Below are positions 1 through 11,961 of a DNA stretch of 32,000 nucleotides, in pieces. This DNA comes from Mycobacterium leprae TN. Its GTDB lineage: Bacteria > Actinomycetota > Actinomycetes > Mycobacteriales > Mycobacteriaceae. The stretch spans positions 1,860,001-1,892,000 of the forward strand of contig NC_002677.1 in assembly GCF_000195855.1 (NCBI RefSeq), read 5' to 3'. The notes below the pieces were generated by a model. It ran no database searches, was not told where the DNA came from, and was given only the letters and a program-made list of their open reading frames with translations. The translations under genes and the position numbers were made by a program. Within the stretch, counting starts at the first letter, position 1. Each line of letters begins with the position of its first letter.

Positions 1-4
1 CGGA

Positions 5-370
5 TTAGCCTGCAGCAGCCACATCGGCGGCCTCGGTAGTTGCCGTAAGAGACAGAATTGGTATTAAGTTTTTGTCACAAACTACTCATGAATTTGCTCT
101 GTCAAAGCATTAACTTCCCGGTCCATCTGGACATGTGCAGAAGAGCACTTTTGTTGCCGGAAAATAAAATTTACAATGGCTTACTACATACACCCAAGCT
201 AAATTAGGAAAATTGCAAAGTCATATACCATGACCCAAGCAAACCTACCATGCTTTCGGCGCCGAACGTAAACTACCGTCTGGCCTAGCCGAAAAATTCT
301 GGTATGCCCAAACCAAAATACAAAAAAACTGCGGCTGGCGCTACTAATTTTCGATGTTGACAATCACTAG
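5..370 (-). pseudogene. PE-family protein remnant (ESX-5-associated, PE18/PE19-like)
   Basis: Minus-strand reading across at least two frame changes gives ..LVAPAAVFLYFGLGI.., ..SSAHVQMDREVNALTEQIHE*FVTKT.. and a terminal LTATTEAADVAAAG-stop (stop at 7..5). This follows the PE-domain pattern (..AAHAQMYQ..SAQAAAIHEMFVNTL..SYAATEAANAAAAG-stop). It has internal stops, is about 100 codons long and lies next to ESX-5 genes. The 5' boundary is approximate. Confidence 0.5.
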
Positions 371-606
371 ACGCTCGTTTTTCCTCAAATCCGTTCGGCG
401 CTAACCGCGATCTACCATAGCTAATCCTTATCGAACATGCTAGCCACGAGACTCTAAGAGGAAAATAGGATTCGTAAAATAGTTATGCATGATATTCATG
501 CGGAGCAAACGTTGTTAAATCGCTGTTAAATTTTCGAATAGACTCAACCAGAGCCACCTGCATAAAGCACCTAGCTTCCGTGTAAGCCGATCGGAGGCCA
601 GTTCAT

Positions 607-802
<196 letters not shown>

Positions 803-1009
803 CGGTATCCTCCCTCACGCACGTCGGACAGACGCCAAATCCGACCATATTTGGCCAATACGTAGATTATGCGGTTGGGCAAGCAACGCGACGGCAGCTC
901 GCCACCGCAAACCACTCACCAGCGTTACAAACCAGCAGCCAAGGCAGGACTCCCATACGACAGCATGAAAAAGCGGCCTCTGCTAGCAGAGAACAGACAA
1001 AAGAAAAAC

Positions 1010-2163
<1,154 letters not shown>

Positions 2164-2214
2164 TCAACCCCAGGCAGTGCAAACTGCGCTAACTGAGGCA
2201 ACGCAACTTGCGCG

Positions 2215-5200
2215 CTATCGGCGCATATCGGTCTCTGCCACCTGCACCAACACACCGGTGTCTTCGGCCATCAACAGGCCTCGGCCGCGGGGCAAAGGAC
2301 CGCCCTTCATCTTACCGCGGATGAAACCCTCATCGGGATCAGCGTCCATAACCAGCAATGGTGCGTTCGCCTGATGCAGGGCCCGCAACATCGGGTCACT
2401 GCCCGCCGAAGACCACCCCCCGAACGTACGGGTGGCAATGACATGCAAGCCGACATCGCCGGCCCGAGTCACCCAGGGAACAACCTTCTGCAGCGGTGAA
2501 TCGAAACTGGGCGGCAGTTGCTGGATGTCATCGATGATCAAGAAGATCTCCGGGCCGCTCCACCACGATCGTGACAATAACTCTTCCGCGGACAGATCAG
2601 GCGGCGGTTCGCGGCTGGCCAACAACGCCGCTAACTCACCCACCATGGCGGATACGCCATCGAGGTTGTAGGCAAACTTCTCCATATAGTTGGAGCCCAG
2701 CATCGTCAGCAGCTGACGACGCGGATCGATCAGCCATACCTGCGCAGAGCGTTCTGACGTCGGTGGTGCGCTAGTACCTCCCGGCGCATAGAGCCGACCG
2801 ATCTCGGACATTATGGTAGCCAGCACTGTGGTCCGGCCACATTCACGTCGACCCGTTATCATCAAATGCGCGTTCTCAGCGAAGTTCAGATAGACCGGTT
2901 GCAAATCCAATTCCGATATCGCCCAAGCTATTCCTCCTACGCCAACCCCTTGACGGGTGTCTCGGACAGCCCGCTCGCGCACTTGTTCCATACCGAAACG
3001 AGCCGGCAACCGGCGCACAGGTGGGGCCTGGGCACTCGTCAACCGGCTGACCGGTGCGACCACGCTGTCGGACTCGAAGACGTTAGCGGGGGTATTGGCC
3101 AACGCTGGCCGGGCGACTAACGTGTGCAAGCCCGCCTGTGGATCGCTGTCTAGTCGGACATAGTTGACCGCAACCATGCCGCGTCCCGACTGAACCGGAA
3201 CGTCCTTGGCAAACCGAGAACGCACCAACTTGGCGTCTTCCACAGCAGCCAAGCGCAATTCGACTCGGGAACCGAAGCCGCTACGTACCTGCGGCCTCAG
3301 CTCTGATTCGCGATCAGCAGTGACGACCACGTGCACGCCGAACGAGGGGCCCTGGTTTATGATCTGGTTCACCTGCTCAATAAGCACCTCGTTCTCTTCG
3401 ACCAGTGCCCGGTAGTTGTCGATCACCAGGTAGACATCACCGAACCCATCATTAGGCACCGGCCCCAGCTCACCACCGAACTTGCGGCGCCGGAACACCT
3501 CCATCGAGGCAATCCCGTGTTCGAGAAAGCTACGTTTGCGATCGCGAACCAGTGCCAGCAGTTCGGCCACAGTACGGCGCACACCGTAAGGATCTGTAGG
3601 ACCTGCTACCTCGCCGACGTGGGGCAAGTGCGCCACCGTAGTCAACGCGGTGCCGCTGTAGCCCAGGCAGTAGAATTGAACCTGTTCAGGGGTGTGAGTC
3701 AGTGCTGCCGAGCAGATAATTGTCTGCAGCGCAGTGGTTTTTCCAGAACCACCGGCTCCCAGAACCAACACGTTGGAGCCGGGTCCGGAAGTGTCAACCG
3801 TCCACGCCGGCTGGTCATGCTTGAATGGCCGGTCAATGACCCCAATGGGGAACACAAGATTCCTGGCCGAGCCGTAGTCCTTTTGCCAGGGGTGACCCAA
3901 AAACCGGTTGACCAAATCGTCGATGGCAACGGGCTGGGTCAGCGGGGGTTGCCACAACCGGTAGGGCTCAAAGTCGATCCTGCGAAGCTGATCAATGATC
4001 ACCGTACCGATTTTCGGTGTCCTGACCCCTCCCTCGGCTTCTTCCTCAGCGATCTCCTCGTCGAATTCCTGAGCGTTCGCAAAAACAGCCTCCGCATCGA
4101 CCTCGGGGCCTCCTACGCTCACCTCGAGCGGCGTGAACAAGTTGGTAAACAATTGCGGTCGAACATAGTCGATGTTGTGCACCAACACTGGCTGTTCCTC
4201 GCCGTCGAGAGTGACGCCGCGGAAGTAGTCCCGCCACAGGAACTCGGCCTGGAACCGGATGACGTCTTCGAGGCTCTTACGAAAATATCCCAGACCCGCC
4301 TGAGCCGGCAGGTTCACCGCGTTCGGCACGCCGGCCGCCTGCGCCGCGCCAGCGGTACGTGCTTTCAGAACCAAACGGTAGCCCATGTTCTCCATGAGCT
4401 TTTCAGCTCGGCTCTCAATGGTCTGCGACGCCATCATCAAATGAATCCAGTAGGCGCGGCCCTGCCGGCCGATTGAGTCAAGCACGTCGACCGCCGTCGG
4501 TACGATGCGGAACCACTCGTAGAACTCGTCGATGACCACTACTAGCATCGGCAACGCCGGCATGTCCTGGCCGCGCGCCCGCATCCTGGTGCGCACCGAG
4601 TTGTATTCCTTGGCGTCGTCTACACCGGCGTTGTCGCAGACCGCTTTGCGGCGGGCGATTTCGCCCCACAGCGCGTCCAAGAAGCGCTCCATAAGCACTT
4701 GGTCTTCTTCAAGATCAGTGATGATCCGAGACACATGCGGCACACCGGCGAACGGCTTGACCGCCGACCCACCTTTGAGATCTGCCAACACGAACTGCAG
4801 CTCCTCCGGCGGATGAGCGAGCATCAACGATTCGATCACGGTTCGCACTAGCGTCGATTTGCCCGAACCAGTTGTCCCCGACATCACCCCGTGCGGGCCA
4901 TCGCCGCCTTCATCAAGCGATTTCATGTCCAAAAACAACAGCTCACCGTTGTCGGATCGATTGCCGAACGGTACCCGCAACCGCGACTTGCCCATCGCAT
5001 CGGTACGGCTGTTCCACAGCGCATCAAAGTCGATCGCAGATGGATCTCCAATTCCGTAGTAAGACAAGATATCTCGAGCACCGATATGGGCTACTCTCTG
5101 GCCGATCTCTTCGTAGGCTTCGGCTGGCCGCCAGTGCGCCAGCTTTTGTGCGAACTCTTCAGCTTCGGCGAAACTGAGTTGGTCGGCGAGGGCGAAAAAC

Positions 5201-6372
5201 CAAGGCTTGTCGTCGATCACCATCCAGGTATCACGATCGCGGGGCAGCGCGTCGATCACACCTTTTTCGTCAAACCGCAACGTGCGCTTCGGTACTACTG
5301 TCCACATCGAAGAGCCGGTCAGGTCGAAGAACGTCACACCGTCGATACCTTCGACGCTGATCACGTACTCCCACTCCGGATCGACGACGTCCGCAACGAT
5401 CAGGTGGTGAGGTGTCGGGGTTTGTGCCGACGAACTGGCGTGTCGCGGCGTAAACGACCCTCGACCGGCGAACAATTCGGCTTGTTCCGTGGCGAATTCC
5501 CGTACCGAACTGTACACCATCCGCGCGTTGCCTGCTGCGTCCTGACGTCGGGGATCACCAAAATGCGGTAACCACTTGACCCAGTCCCACTGCTCCAAAT
5601 CGGAACTAACAACCACCATCTGCACGTGGTCGGGACCGTGCGAAAACGTCAGCTGGCAAATGATTGACCGCATTAATCCCAGTGTCTGCTCACGGTCCCC
5701 AATTAGCGCATACCAGGGTTCCACCAGTAGGGAAACCATTTTTGGCAGGTTGTAAACAATGCTTTGATAACGTCCGAACTCCTGTAGCGCCTTCCCGGTT
5801 ACCGGCTCCAGCTCGATGTCGGTCGGCATATTCTGCGGTTCGCCCCACGTCACCTCGGGACGCGTCATGCCCACGCCAACTCGGACAACGCAGAAATTAA
5901 GGTCCTTGCCATCAGGTTTGCGTTCCCACATTCTGGACGATCCCACGGCAGCAGCCAACGTGGTGGGCGCCGGGTGGAACCACCGGTAATTGGCGTCCAT
6001 GCTGTCGGCCGACTCATTCGCGGCCTCACGCAGCATGTCCAGCATCAACATGAACTGGGCGCGCATCGCGTCCAGCTTCGGCCGGCTCATTTGCTGCTGC
6101 CCACCCATTCGGCCACTGAACATCATCATCGCAACACCACCGATCATGAAGAGCGGAAAAATTGAGCCTGCACCCCCGAACACCCGTGAACCGCTGGCGA
6201 ACGTCATGGCGACCATGCCGCCCACCAGACCGATCACTACGACACCGATCACGATAACCCACCAGGGTTTGCCCTCTGGTGGCGGAATACTCAAAGGTGT
6301 TGGCAGGACAATGTTTTCCGGCCTGATAACCGGAGCCTTTTCCGGCGTCGGGCGTGCAAAGCCACGTTTCAC
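2215..6372 (-). CDS. eccC5: ESX-5 type VII secretion FtsK/SpoIIIE-family ATPase EccC5
   Basis: Uninterrupted 1385-aa ORF with two N-terminal TM helices (WWVIVIGVVVIGLVGGMVAMTF, IFPLFMIGGVAMMMF). It has three P-loop domains with Walker A GTTGSGKS, GAGGSGKT and degenerate GRRECGRT. The GTG start overlaps the eccB5 stop (GTGA, 6369-6372). The ESX-5 assignment rests on the neighbouring cyp143/ferredoxin/PE remnants and malQ. Confidence 0.93.
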   Translation of the reverse strand: MKRGFARPTPEKAPVIRPENIVLPTPLSIPPPEGKPWWVIVIGVVVIGLVGGMVAMTFASGSRVFGGAGSIFPLFMIGGVAMMMFSGRMGGQQQMSRPKLDAMRAQFMLMLDMLREAANESADSMDANYRWFHPAPTTLAAAVGSSRMWERKPDGKDLNFCVVRVGVGMTRPEVTWGEPQNMPTDIELEPVTGKALQEFGRYQSIVYNLPKMVSLLVEPWYALIGDREQTLGLMRSIICQLTFSHGPDHVQMVVVSSDLEQWDWVKWLPHFGDPRRQDAAGNARMVYSSVREFATEQAELFAGRGSFTPRHASSSAQTPTPHHLIVADVVDPEWEYVISVEGIDGVTFFDLTGSSMWTVVPKRTLRFDEKGVIDALPRDRDTWMVIDDKPWFFALADQLSFAEAEEFAQKLAHWRPAEAYEEIGQRVAHIGARDILSYYGIGDPSAIDFDALWNSRTDAMGKSRLRVPFGNRSDNGELLFLDMKSLDEGGDGPHGVMSGTTGSGKSTLVRTVIESLMLAHPPEELQFVLADLKGGSAVKPFAGVPHVSRIITDLEEDQVLMERFLDALWGEIARRKAVCDNAGVDDAKEYNSVRTRMRARGQDMPALPMLVVVIDEFYEWFRIVPTAVDVLDSIGRQGRAYWIHLMMASQTIESRAEKLMENMGYRLVLKARTAGAAQAAGVPNAVNLPAQAGLGYFRKSLEDVIRFQAEFLWRDYFRGVTLDGEEQPVLVHNIDYVRPQLFTNLFTPLEVSVGGPEVDAEAVFANAQEFDEEIAEEEAEGGVRTPKIGTVIIDQLRRIDFEPYRLWQPPLTQPVAIDDLVNRFLGHPWQKDYGSARNLVFPIGVIDRPFKHDQPAWTVDTSGPGSNVLVLGAGGSGKTTALQTIICSAALTHTPEQVQFYCLGYSGTALTTVAHLPHVGEVAGPTDPYGVRRTVAELLALVRDRKRSFLEHGIASMEVFRRRKFGGELGPVPNDGFGDVYLVIDNYRALVEENEVLIEQVNQIINQGPSFGVHVVVTADRESELRPQVRSGFGSRVELRLAAVEDAKLVRSRFAKDVPVQSGRGMVAVNYVRLDSDPQAGLHTLVARPALANTPANVFESDSVVAPVSRLTSAQAPPVRRLPARFGMEQVRERAVRDTRQGVGVGGIAWAISELDLQPVYLNFAENAHLMITGRRECGRTTVLATIMSEIGRLYAPGGTSAPPTSERSAQVWLIDPRRQLLTMLGSNYMEKFAYNLDGVSAMVGELAALLASREPPPDLSAEELLSRSWWSGPEIFLIIDDIQQLPPSFDSPLQKVVPWVTRAGDVGLHVIATRTFGGWSSAGSDPMLRALHQANAPLLVMDADPDEGFIRGKMKGGPLPRGRGLLMAEDTGVLVQVAETDMRR

Positions 6373-7889
6373 TTAGGTACCACCAACTCGGCAGGGGTCA
6401 TGTCCATAGGTAGCGTGTCGTGCTCCATCAATGCATCTGCTCGGGACAGAGTCGGGCCTTGCGACAATAGCCGCAAGGCTACCCAGGGCGCCAAATTGGG
6501 CGTGCCGTTCAAACCTAATGCGTCACGAACGTCCTTGGTGTCTTCCACTCCAAACCGAGCTCCCGTCCGCGTGACCCACCACAGTGATTCCGTTGTTTGT
6601 GCCGCTGGATTGTTGCCGGTGACTGCAACGAAGTTGGCATAGTTAGAACCGAAGTAGACTTGATCAGCTTCGCGTCCAGTTGTGTCCGCCTTCACCAACG
6701 ACACCACCTTCTTCACATCGGCTGAGTTAATTGGAATGGTTGACCCAGTTATCACCTGGATACGAGACCGGCTCTCACCAGCGGTCCGTTCCCACCACCA
6801 ACAGGTCGACGGATTCTCTCGGAGGTCCACCACTTGCAACGGGGTGTCGGGGTAAACAGACAAATCCAGCTTATTGACCACCGGCATCTTTACCAACACA
6901 GACGGTGCTACGGTGATTAGTTTGGTGTTTCCTGGTTTACCTGCGTTTTGCATGATCTGAGCCACCAGTGGGGAGACCGTCTCCACGCCGTCAGCCAACA
7001 CCAGCGAATACTGTTGCGGACCACTGATCTGTGGTGTGACAATCACCGTACCCACCGGTCCCGGAGCACCCGGAAAAGAGGCCGGATTGCCCTCGTTTGG
7101 TACGTCTGGCACCACCAAGTCGGGACCCACCGGCAAAGCATCGAACAACGCACGACTCATCGGGCGCGCTTGACTGACTTGCTCTGGGGTCAAGCCCAAT
7201 GGCAACAGCACCGACCGGTTCATGGCGTCGATACGGGACCGGCGTCCCTGCCGGATGACCCACGCATCCCCACCGTAGTGCAGCACTACCGCATCCGAGC
7301 CGGTCAGCACCCGACGGTGGCCAGACAGGTCTGGGGATCCGTCGATCACTGTGACCGTCACCCCAGACGACGACCCAATCCCGGTCGAGGTGGCCACCGT
7401 ATCGCACACCAGCCATGATGATGTCTGTGGAGTTTCAGGTGATAACTCCGACGGTGCGCCTGGGATGCCCACCAGCGGTCCGTGCGGTAGCGTGGCGATT
7501 TGGCTGGACCGAACCGCGTGCGGATTGTCCGGTCGTCCGGTGATCAGCCGTGCGGACGCCAGATTCAAAGCGGGGTACAACCTATCCCCTACCCGGACGT
7601 ACAGCGCGCCAGAGTCACGGTCAATGATGATAGGCGACTCATTCAGCTGGCCGGATGGGCTTATAAACGACCACAGCAGCGCTCCCAGGCAACCCAACAA
7701 TGCCGCGGAAACCGACGCCACCACCGCTAACGTCTGGCGGCGACCTGGTTCGACCTCCATGCGGACGCGCCACCGCGTCAACGCCATTGCGGTTCGGCGG
7801 GCAAGGAACTGATAACCCGTCACCTGAGTCCGTGTTGACAAACCAAGGCCGTACTCCGACCCCCGCCGCCCGCTGCTCTCTTCGGCCAC
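6369..7889 (-). CDS. eccB5: ESX-5 type VII secretion membrane component EccB5
   Basis: 506-aa ORF with GTG start at 7889 and GGAAGG about 8 nt upstream. N-terminus MAEESSGRRGSEYGLGLSTRTQVTGYQFLARR, single TM (LAVVASVSAALLGCLGALLWSFI), then a large extracytoplasmic domain. It is nearly identical to my recollection of EccB5 (Rv1782, also 506 aa). Confidence 0.93.
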   Translation of the reverse strand: MAEESSGRRGSEYGLGLSTRTQVTGYQFLARRTAMALTRWRVRMEVEPGRRQTLAVVASVSAALLGCLGALLWSFISPSGQLNESPIIIDRDSGALYVRVGDRLYPALNLASARLITGRPDNPHAVRSSQIATLPHGPLVGIPGAPSELSPETPQTSSWLVCDTVATSTGIGSSSGVTVTVIDGSPDLSGHRRVLTGSDAVVLHYGGDAWVIRQGRRSRIDAMNRSVLLPLGLTPEQVSQARPMSRALFDALPVGPDLVVPDVPNEGNPASFPGAPGPVGTVIVTPQISGPQQYSLVLADGVETVSPLVAQIMQNAGKPGNTKLITVAPSVLVKMPVVNKLDLSVYPDTPLQVVDLRENPSTCWWWERTAGESRSRIQVITGSTIPINSADVKKVVSLVKADTTGREADQVYFGSNYANFVAVTGNNPAAQTTESLWWVTRTGARFGVEDTKDVRDALGLNGTPNLAPWVALRLLSQGPTLSRADALMEHDTLPMDMTPAELVVPK

Positions 7890-8311
7890 GTTAGATCACC
7901 TTCCGGTCTAAAAAACTCCCGTATATTGACATGGCTTTAAAAGCTATGCACTGCTCATTATCGATAACCGTAAATCACCTGTATTTACCTTGGCCAAAGT
8001 GCGATACACTCGCCCATCTCGGCATCGGATTACATTATTGAATCGAATCTTCTTCAATACGGTCAGCCTGCCGGTCGACGGAATCGCACCAAAACCGGGG
8101 TAGTATAGTTGTCAAAGCGACCACTGAACTGCCACGTTCCATGTCCCCCATTCACGCCTGCACAGCATGGTAGTCGTGGATAGCTAGCTCGTCCTGTTGA
8201 GCGTCCGCTCCGTCCTCCGTCTTGCTGACTGTGAAATAGTTCATGCGGCAAACCATCCCAAGGGAGCCATTAGGCAGACCCCACCGTCACGGGGCACGTT
8301 CGGGACGCAAT

Positions 8312-10290
8312 ATGGCCGGTATGGCTGAACTTGAACCCTAGCTCGTCGAACTTGCCAGGCAATTTGGTATCGCGACCGCGTATGAGAACTGGACCGGCGG
8401 TCAGGTGCACGTCTCTGAGACAACACTGGTAGCTGCGCTTGCCGCCCTCGGTGTGGCCAGGGGCCGGTACCGAGGTGGAAGCGCAACATCGCCCTGACCG
8501 CGCAGGGTAGGTCCTAATTAGGTACGTTAAATGCCGGCCACGATCGTCGCCCGCGCTGATACGCAAACTAGATTCTGGATGCAAATGCGCCAAGGCACTC
8601 CCGCCGAGAAGTATGGTTGAAGCTCAAGAACGACAAGAAACCAAGAAACGGGGCGGGTTGCAGCAGGTCGACAACTTCACTCCGCCTTTCGATCTGGACG
8701 GACGCTGAATCGGCGAGGCCAGCTTTGCGACGCTCATCGATTTGCAGCTGGGCTACCAGCTATGTTCCGGCGACTTCCAGACCAACACAGCGCTCACCGT
8801 AACACCGGATTGAATCGGTCCTGCCGGAGCAGCTAGGCACCCGCTGGGCGTAGGGCCTAACCGCCCAGCTCTATAATGGGCGCTCCCAACAGTCGTGGGG
8901 TATCGGTGATTTCACCGATCTGACAAAACTATATTGACGTTGAAGCAATTCCGGAATTCTCTGGTCTGAAGAAGCGTGGCTCGGGTACAGGAGCTGCGGA
9001 CCGAGCTCCAGCAACGCACCAGTCAACTCGACACTAGCGACCGTGACAGCGCATAAGTGACCAAGCGTGCAGCGCTCCTGCTGCTATCATCGAGTACCGC
9101 TATCAACAAGCCGCCGGATAACTTACACCGCCTTCTGTATAAAGTCCAGCAGGCGCGTTCGACTACTTCGCCACCTGGTGCGCGTTGGCCGAATGCTACG
9201 GTGGCAACTGACACTGCTGGTCGAGCTTTCTACAGCATCTGGCCGGCGCCGATGTCGCTCGTTTCGTCGAAAACATTCGAATACTATCGGATTTCCACCG
9301 TTGGCTACAATGGCAGCTCAACGAGGAACTCACCATGGCACAATACGCATGTAGTGCTCTGAAATTTGGGTATCGTGCACAACCTGATTGTCGGCGTGCA
9401 CCCGAATGGAACCGGCGCGTGGACACGAAAGGATACGCTGACGCAGAGCGTAACCGCGGGCTCGCCGCAAGATGAATTAAATTAACTCGGCCAAACCTGG
9501 ACGCAGCCGCCATGGCAGCCGGATCGGTTAGATTGAGCTCGAATATCAGCCCTTCAGTGTGCTGATCCAGACTGTGCTACGTCACCCCGGTGGGGTACGT
9601 ATCGACCCCGGCTGTGGTGGATCGTGTGAGAGGGCACCGCCAACCCAAGGAACCTACGTGCACTACAAACATGAAACGACGATCGGCATCGTCGCCTTGG
9701 AAACGCACTGGGCCGGTGCGGTCGTCGGTGGCGAGGACCTCAGCACGGTCGAACCGTGATTGGGTGACTACCTACTACAGGATCTGTTAGACACCTAAGA
9801 TTCTCTGGCTTGAGCTGGATCGAGACGGAACTGGCGGTCCATTTCCAACCAGATGCTGGAGTAAATAAATACTGCTTGTAAATACTGCTTGTCGTCGGTC
9901 ATCCTCCAGGATCTGTCGCCAACCACCGGCCTACCCGACTGGCGACCATATGCCGCCTATGGGAGTCACTAGGTACCTGTTTACCCGGCCGGGCGAGGAT
10001 AAAGTCGAGTCCAGCCACGCCGACCTGGAGGCCTAGATGTGTTGAGTTGCGCCGGGTCGGGTTGCTAAGAGACCTAGGAAAGCCACCCCAGACCAGAACA
10101 GATTGTTCTAGCCTTTCATAAGTATCTCTGGGCCGAACACCCTCACGACTGTTGGGGGTGATGCTGACCGACGCAGTCGATGACCAACGGACACAGATCA
10201 GCCAGGCACGACCCAACTAATGGGTTCCGCTAAACCTGCCCCTACGGCCAGCCGCTGCTGCTTGAAGACGTGGTTGCCAACTTGGCCTGA
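8312..10290 (+). pseudogene. malQ: 4-alpha-glucanotransferase (amylomaltase, GH77) remnant, Rv1781c-like
   Basis: MAGMAELEP-TAG(8339-8341)-LVELARQFGIATAYENWTGGQVHVSETTLVAALAALGV, then VDNFTPPFDLDGR*IGEASF, QQSWGIGDFTDLTKL and the GH77 core LRHPGGVRIDP..GTYVHYKHE..LETHWAGAVVGGEDLSTVEP. The C-terminal part reads DADRRSR*PTDTDQPGTT..GQPLLLEDVVANLA-stop. There are many frame changes and stops, including a 13-bp tandem duplication at 9866-9891. It is divergent from eccB5, as in M. tuberculosis. The ends are approximate. Confidence 0.85.
9866..9891 (+). repeat. perfect 13-bp tandem duplication (taaatactgcttg x2) inside malQ remnant
   Basis: Read directly from the sequence. Removing one unit restores ..RWSKYCLSSV.., which aligns to the amylomaltase ..RWREYCLASV.. 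segment. The duplication is therefore itself a frameshifting lesion. Confidence 0.9.
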
Positions 10291-10299
10291 GTGGCGTCA

Positions 10300-10998
10300 A
10301 AAATCGTGCGGTTCCCGGGCTCTGCTGTCTTGTGTCTGTGGCGGTGAGTTGTTCGGTTGGTTTCATAGGTGGTGGGTGAAATGGCTGTTTTTGCGTTTTA
10401 TGACTGGCCGATATGTTCGGTAGTCGTGGGGGGCAGCCCGGAATCCTGTTGACGTGTTTTGCTGTGTTGCGGGGTTTTTGTTGGTGGGTGGCTGACTGCC
10501 TGCTTTCGATGAGGCTTCGTGTGCTTTGCCGCAGTGGACACGATTAGCGCGGCGCACGTAAGCATGTCGGTGGTGGATGCTGCTTGGTCTACATGTTGAT
10601 GATGCCAGGGGCTGGGCACCTGGGCTGTGCTGAAGGCGATATCGATGCAGGCGTGAGTGTGAGGATAGTTGTTAGCGCCGCGGGGTAGGGGCGTTTTAGT
10701 GTGCATGTCATGGCCTTGAGGTGTCGGCGTGGTCAATGTGGCCGCACCTGAACAGGCACGTCCCCGTGCACGGTATAACTATTCGCACCTGATGTTATCC
10801 CTTGCACCATTTCTGCCGCTGGTATCGGTGTCGGCGGCTTGTTGACCGGCCCTCAGCCAGCAAGCAGGCATGCCGCCGGGTGCAGCAGTATCGTGTTAGT
10901 GAACAGTGCATCGATGATCCGGCCGTCGGCGGCACATACGGCAACCTTCTAGCGCAGATCAACCACCCACACCCCACCAGCCCACCACAACACCACCC
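10300..10998 (+). repeat. RLEP, the M. leprae-specific dispersed repeat
   Basis: Contains verbatim tgcatgtcatggccttgagg (10702-10721) and the complement of caccgataccagcggcagaa (10811-10830), the LP1/LP2 129-bp target. Also contains gcacgtaagcatgtcggtgg (10554-10573). The RLEP qPCR amplicon is present at 10885-10954 (70 bp): gcagtatcgtgttagtgaacagtgca / tcgatgatccggccgtcggcg / complement of cgctagaaggttgccgtatgtgc. Primers are recalled from memory. There is no convincing protein-coding potential. The outer boundaries are uncertain; the left edge could lie anywhere within about 10290-10350. Confidence 0.9.
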
Positions 10999-11961
10999 TT
11001 AGGCCTCAATCACCCCAACAATGCCCCGTCCGATGCTGACTCGCACAAAGACCGGGTGCAGCACCACCACCGACTTGGTCCGCGGGCCCTCGTCGCGCAG
11101 CAATGCAATGACTCGGCCGTCGGCGTCGCTGGCGGCATAGATGCCGTCGATACCGGCCGACGAAATTGGTCGCCCGTTGCTGGTTGCCTCGACCTCGCTT
11201 ACCGTAAGGTCACGGCGAGGAAACATCAGCAAACAGGTCTCGTCTAGCGTCCGACTCAACCGCGGTAGCTCCGCCAGATCCTCGAGTGACCACGCCTGGT
11301 CCAGCTCGAAACGGCCGACCCGGGTGCGCCGCAACGACGTCAGATGCCCACCTACCCCGAACGCATCGCCGAGGTCGCGAGCCAGCGCACGAATATAGGT
11401 TCCCGATGAGCATTCGACTTCCACATCAAGATCGATGACATCGGCTAATCCGACTTCGGGCCCGGGTCGAACAGCCAGCACCTCAAACCGGTCAATGCGT
11501 ACCGGCCGGGCTTGCAGCTCAACAACATGACCCTCGCGGACCAGTCGATAAGCACGACGGCCGTCGACCTTGATAGCACTGACCGCCGACGGCACCTGCT
11601 TGATATCACCGCGCAGCCTACCGATCGCGGTGGCGATCGCCTCGTCTGTCACGTGCCGAGCCGAGACACACTGCAGCAGTTCACCTTCGGCGTCTTCAGT
11701 AGATGTGGTCTGACCTAGGCGGATGGTCGCGACGTACTCTTTCGAGGCCCCGGCCAGCAGACCCAAGATCTTGGTGGCTCGATCGACCCCGAGCACCAGC
11801 ACACCGGTGGCCATCGGATCCAGCGTTCCCGCGTGCCCCACCCTGCGAGTGCAAAATATTCGGCGACAGCGCGCCACCACATCGTGACTGGTCATCCCGG
11901 ACGGCTTGTCAATGACCACTATTCCCGGACCGAGTCCTGCACCTGTGGAGCTTTCGCTCAT
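10999..11961 (-). CDS. truB: tRNA pseudouridine-55 synthase TruB
   Basis: Contains [17 protein letters not shown] and the catalytic [14 protein letters not shown] motif and is colinear with Rv2793c. I place the start at ATG 11961 ([20 protein letters not shown]), which overlaps the pptT stop as ATGA, rather than at the ORF-track start 12003. Confidence 0.93.
   Translation of the reverse strand: MSESSTGAGLGPGIVVIDKPSGMTSHDVVARCRRIFCTRRVGHAGTLDPMATGVLVLGVDRATKILGLLAGASKEYVATIRLGQTTSTEDAEGELLQCVSARHVTDEAIATAIGRLRGDIKQVPSAVSAIKVDGRRAYRLVREGHVVELQARPVRIDRFEVLAVRPGPEVGLADVIDLDVEVECSSGTYIRALARDLGDAFGVGGHLTSLRRTRVGRFELDQAWSLEDLAELPRLSRTLDETCLLMFPRRDLTVSEVEATSNGRPISSAGIDGIYAASDADGRVIALLRDEGPRTKSVVVLHPVFVRVSIGRGIVGVIEA

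Noticed and set aside
2164-2214. Convergent eccC5/cyp143 intergenic region (and 18685-18713, 26270-26293) as intrinsic terminators
   Set aside because: Only weak 4-5-bp stems are present and there are no U-tracts. Evidence is insufficient to call terminators.
3331-4476. 381-aa plus-strand ORF (and several 60-226-aa ORFs) antisense to eccC5
   Set aside because: It is entirely nested opposite a strongly supported 1385-aa gene. The composition is Arg/Pro/Gly-rich, typical of shadow frames in high-GC DNA, and I could recognise no motifs or family resemblance.
10340-10560. Strongly G+T-skewed stretch with several G-runs (possible G-quadruplex)
   Set aside because: The G-runs are separated by loops much longer than canonical G4 spacing. 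The skew is simply part of the RLEP element.
10398-10736. 112-aa minus-strand ORF (and smaller ORFs) inside RLEP as a possible transposase or repeat-encoded protein
   Set aside because: The translation is His/Thr/Pro-rich and low-complexity with no DDE, HTH or recombinase motifs. RLEP is not known to encode a protein, and I see no terminal inverted repeats.
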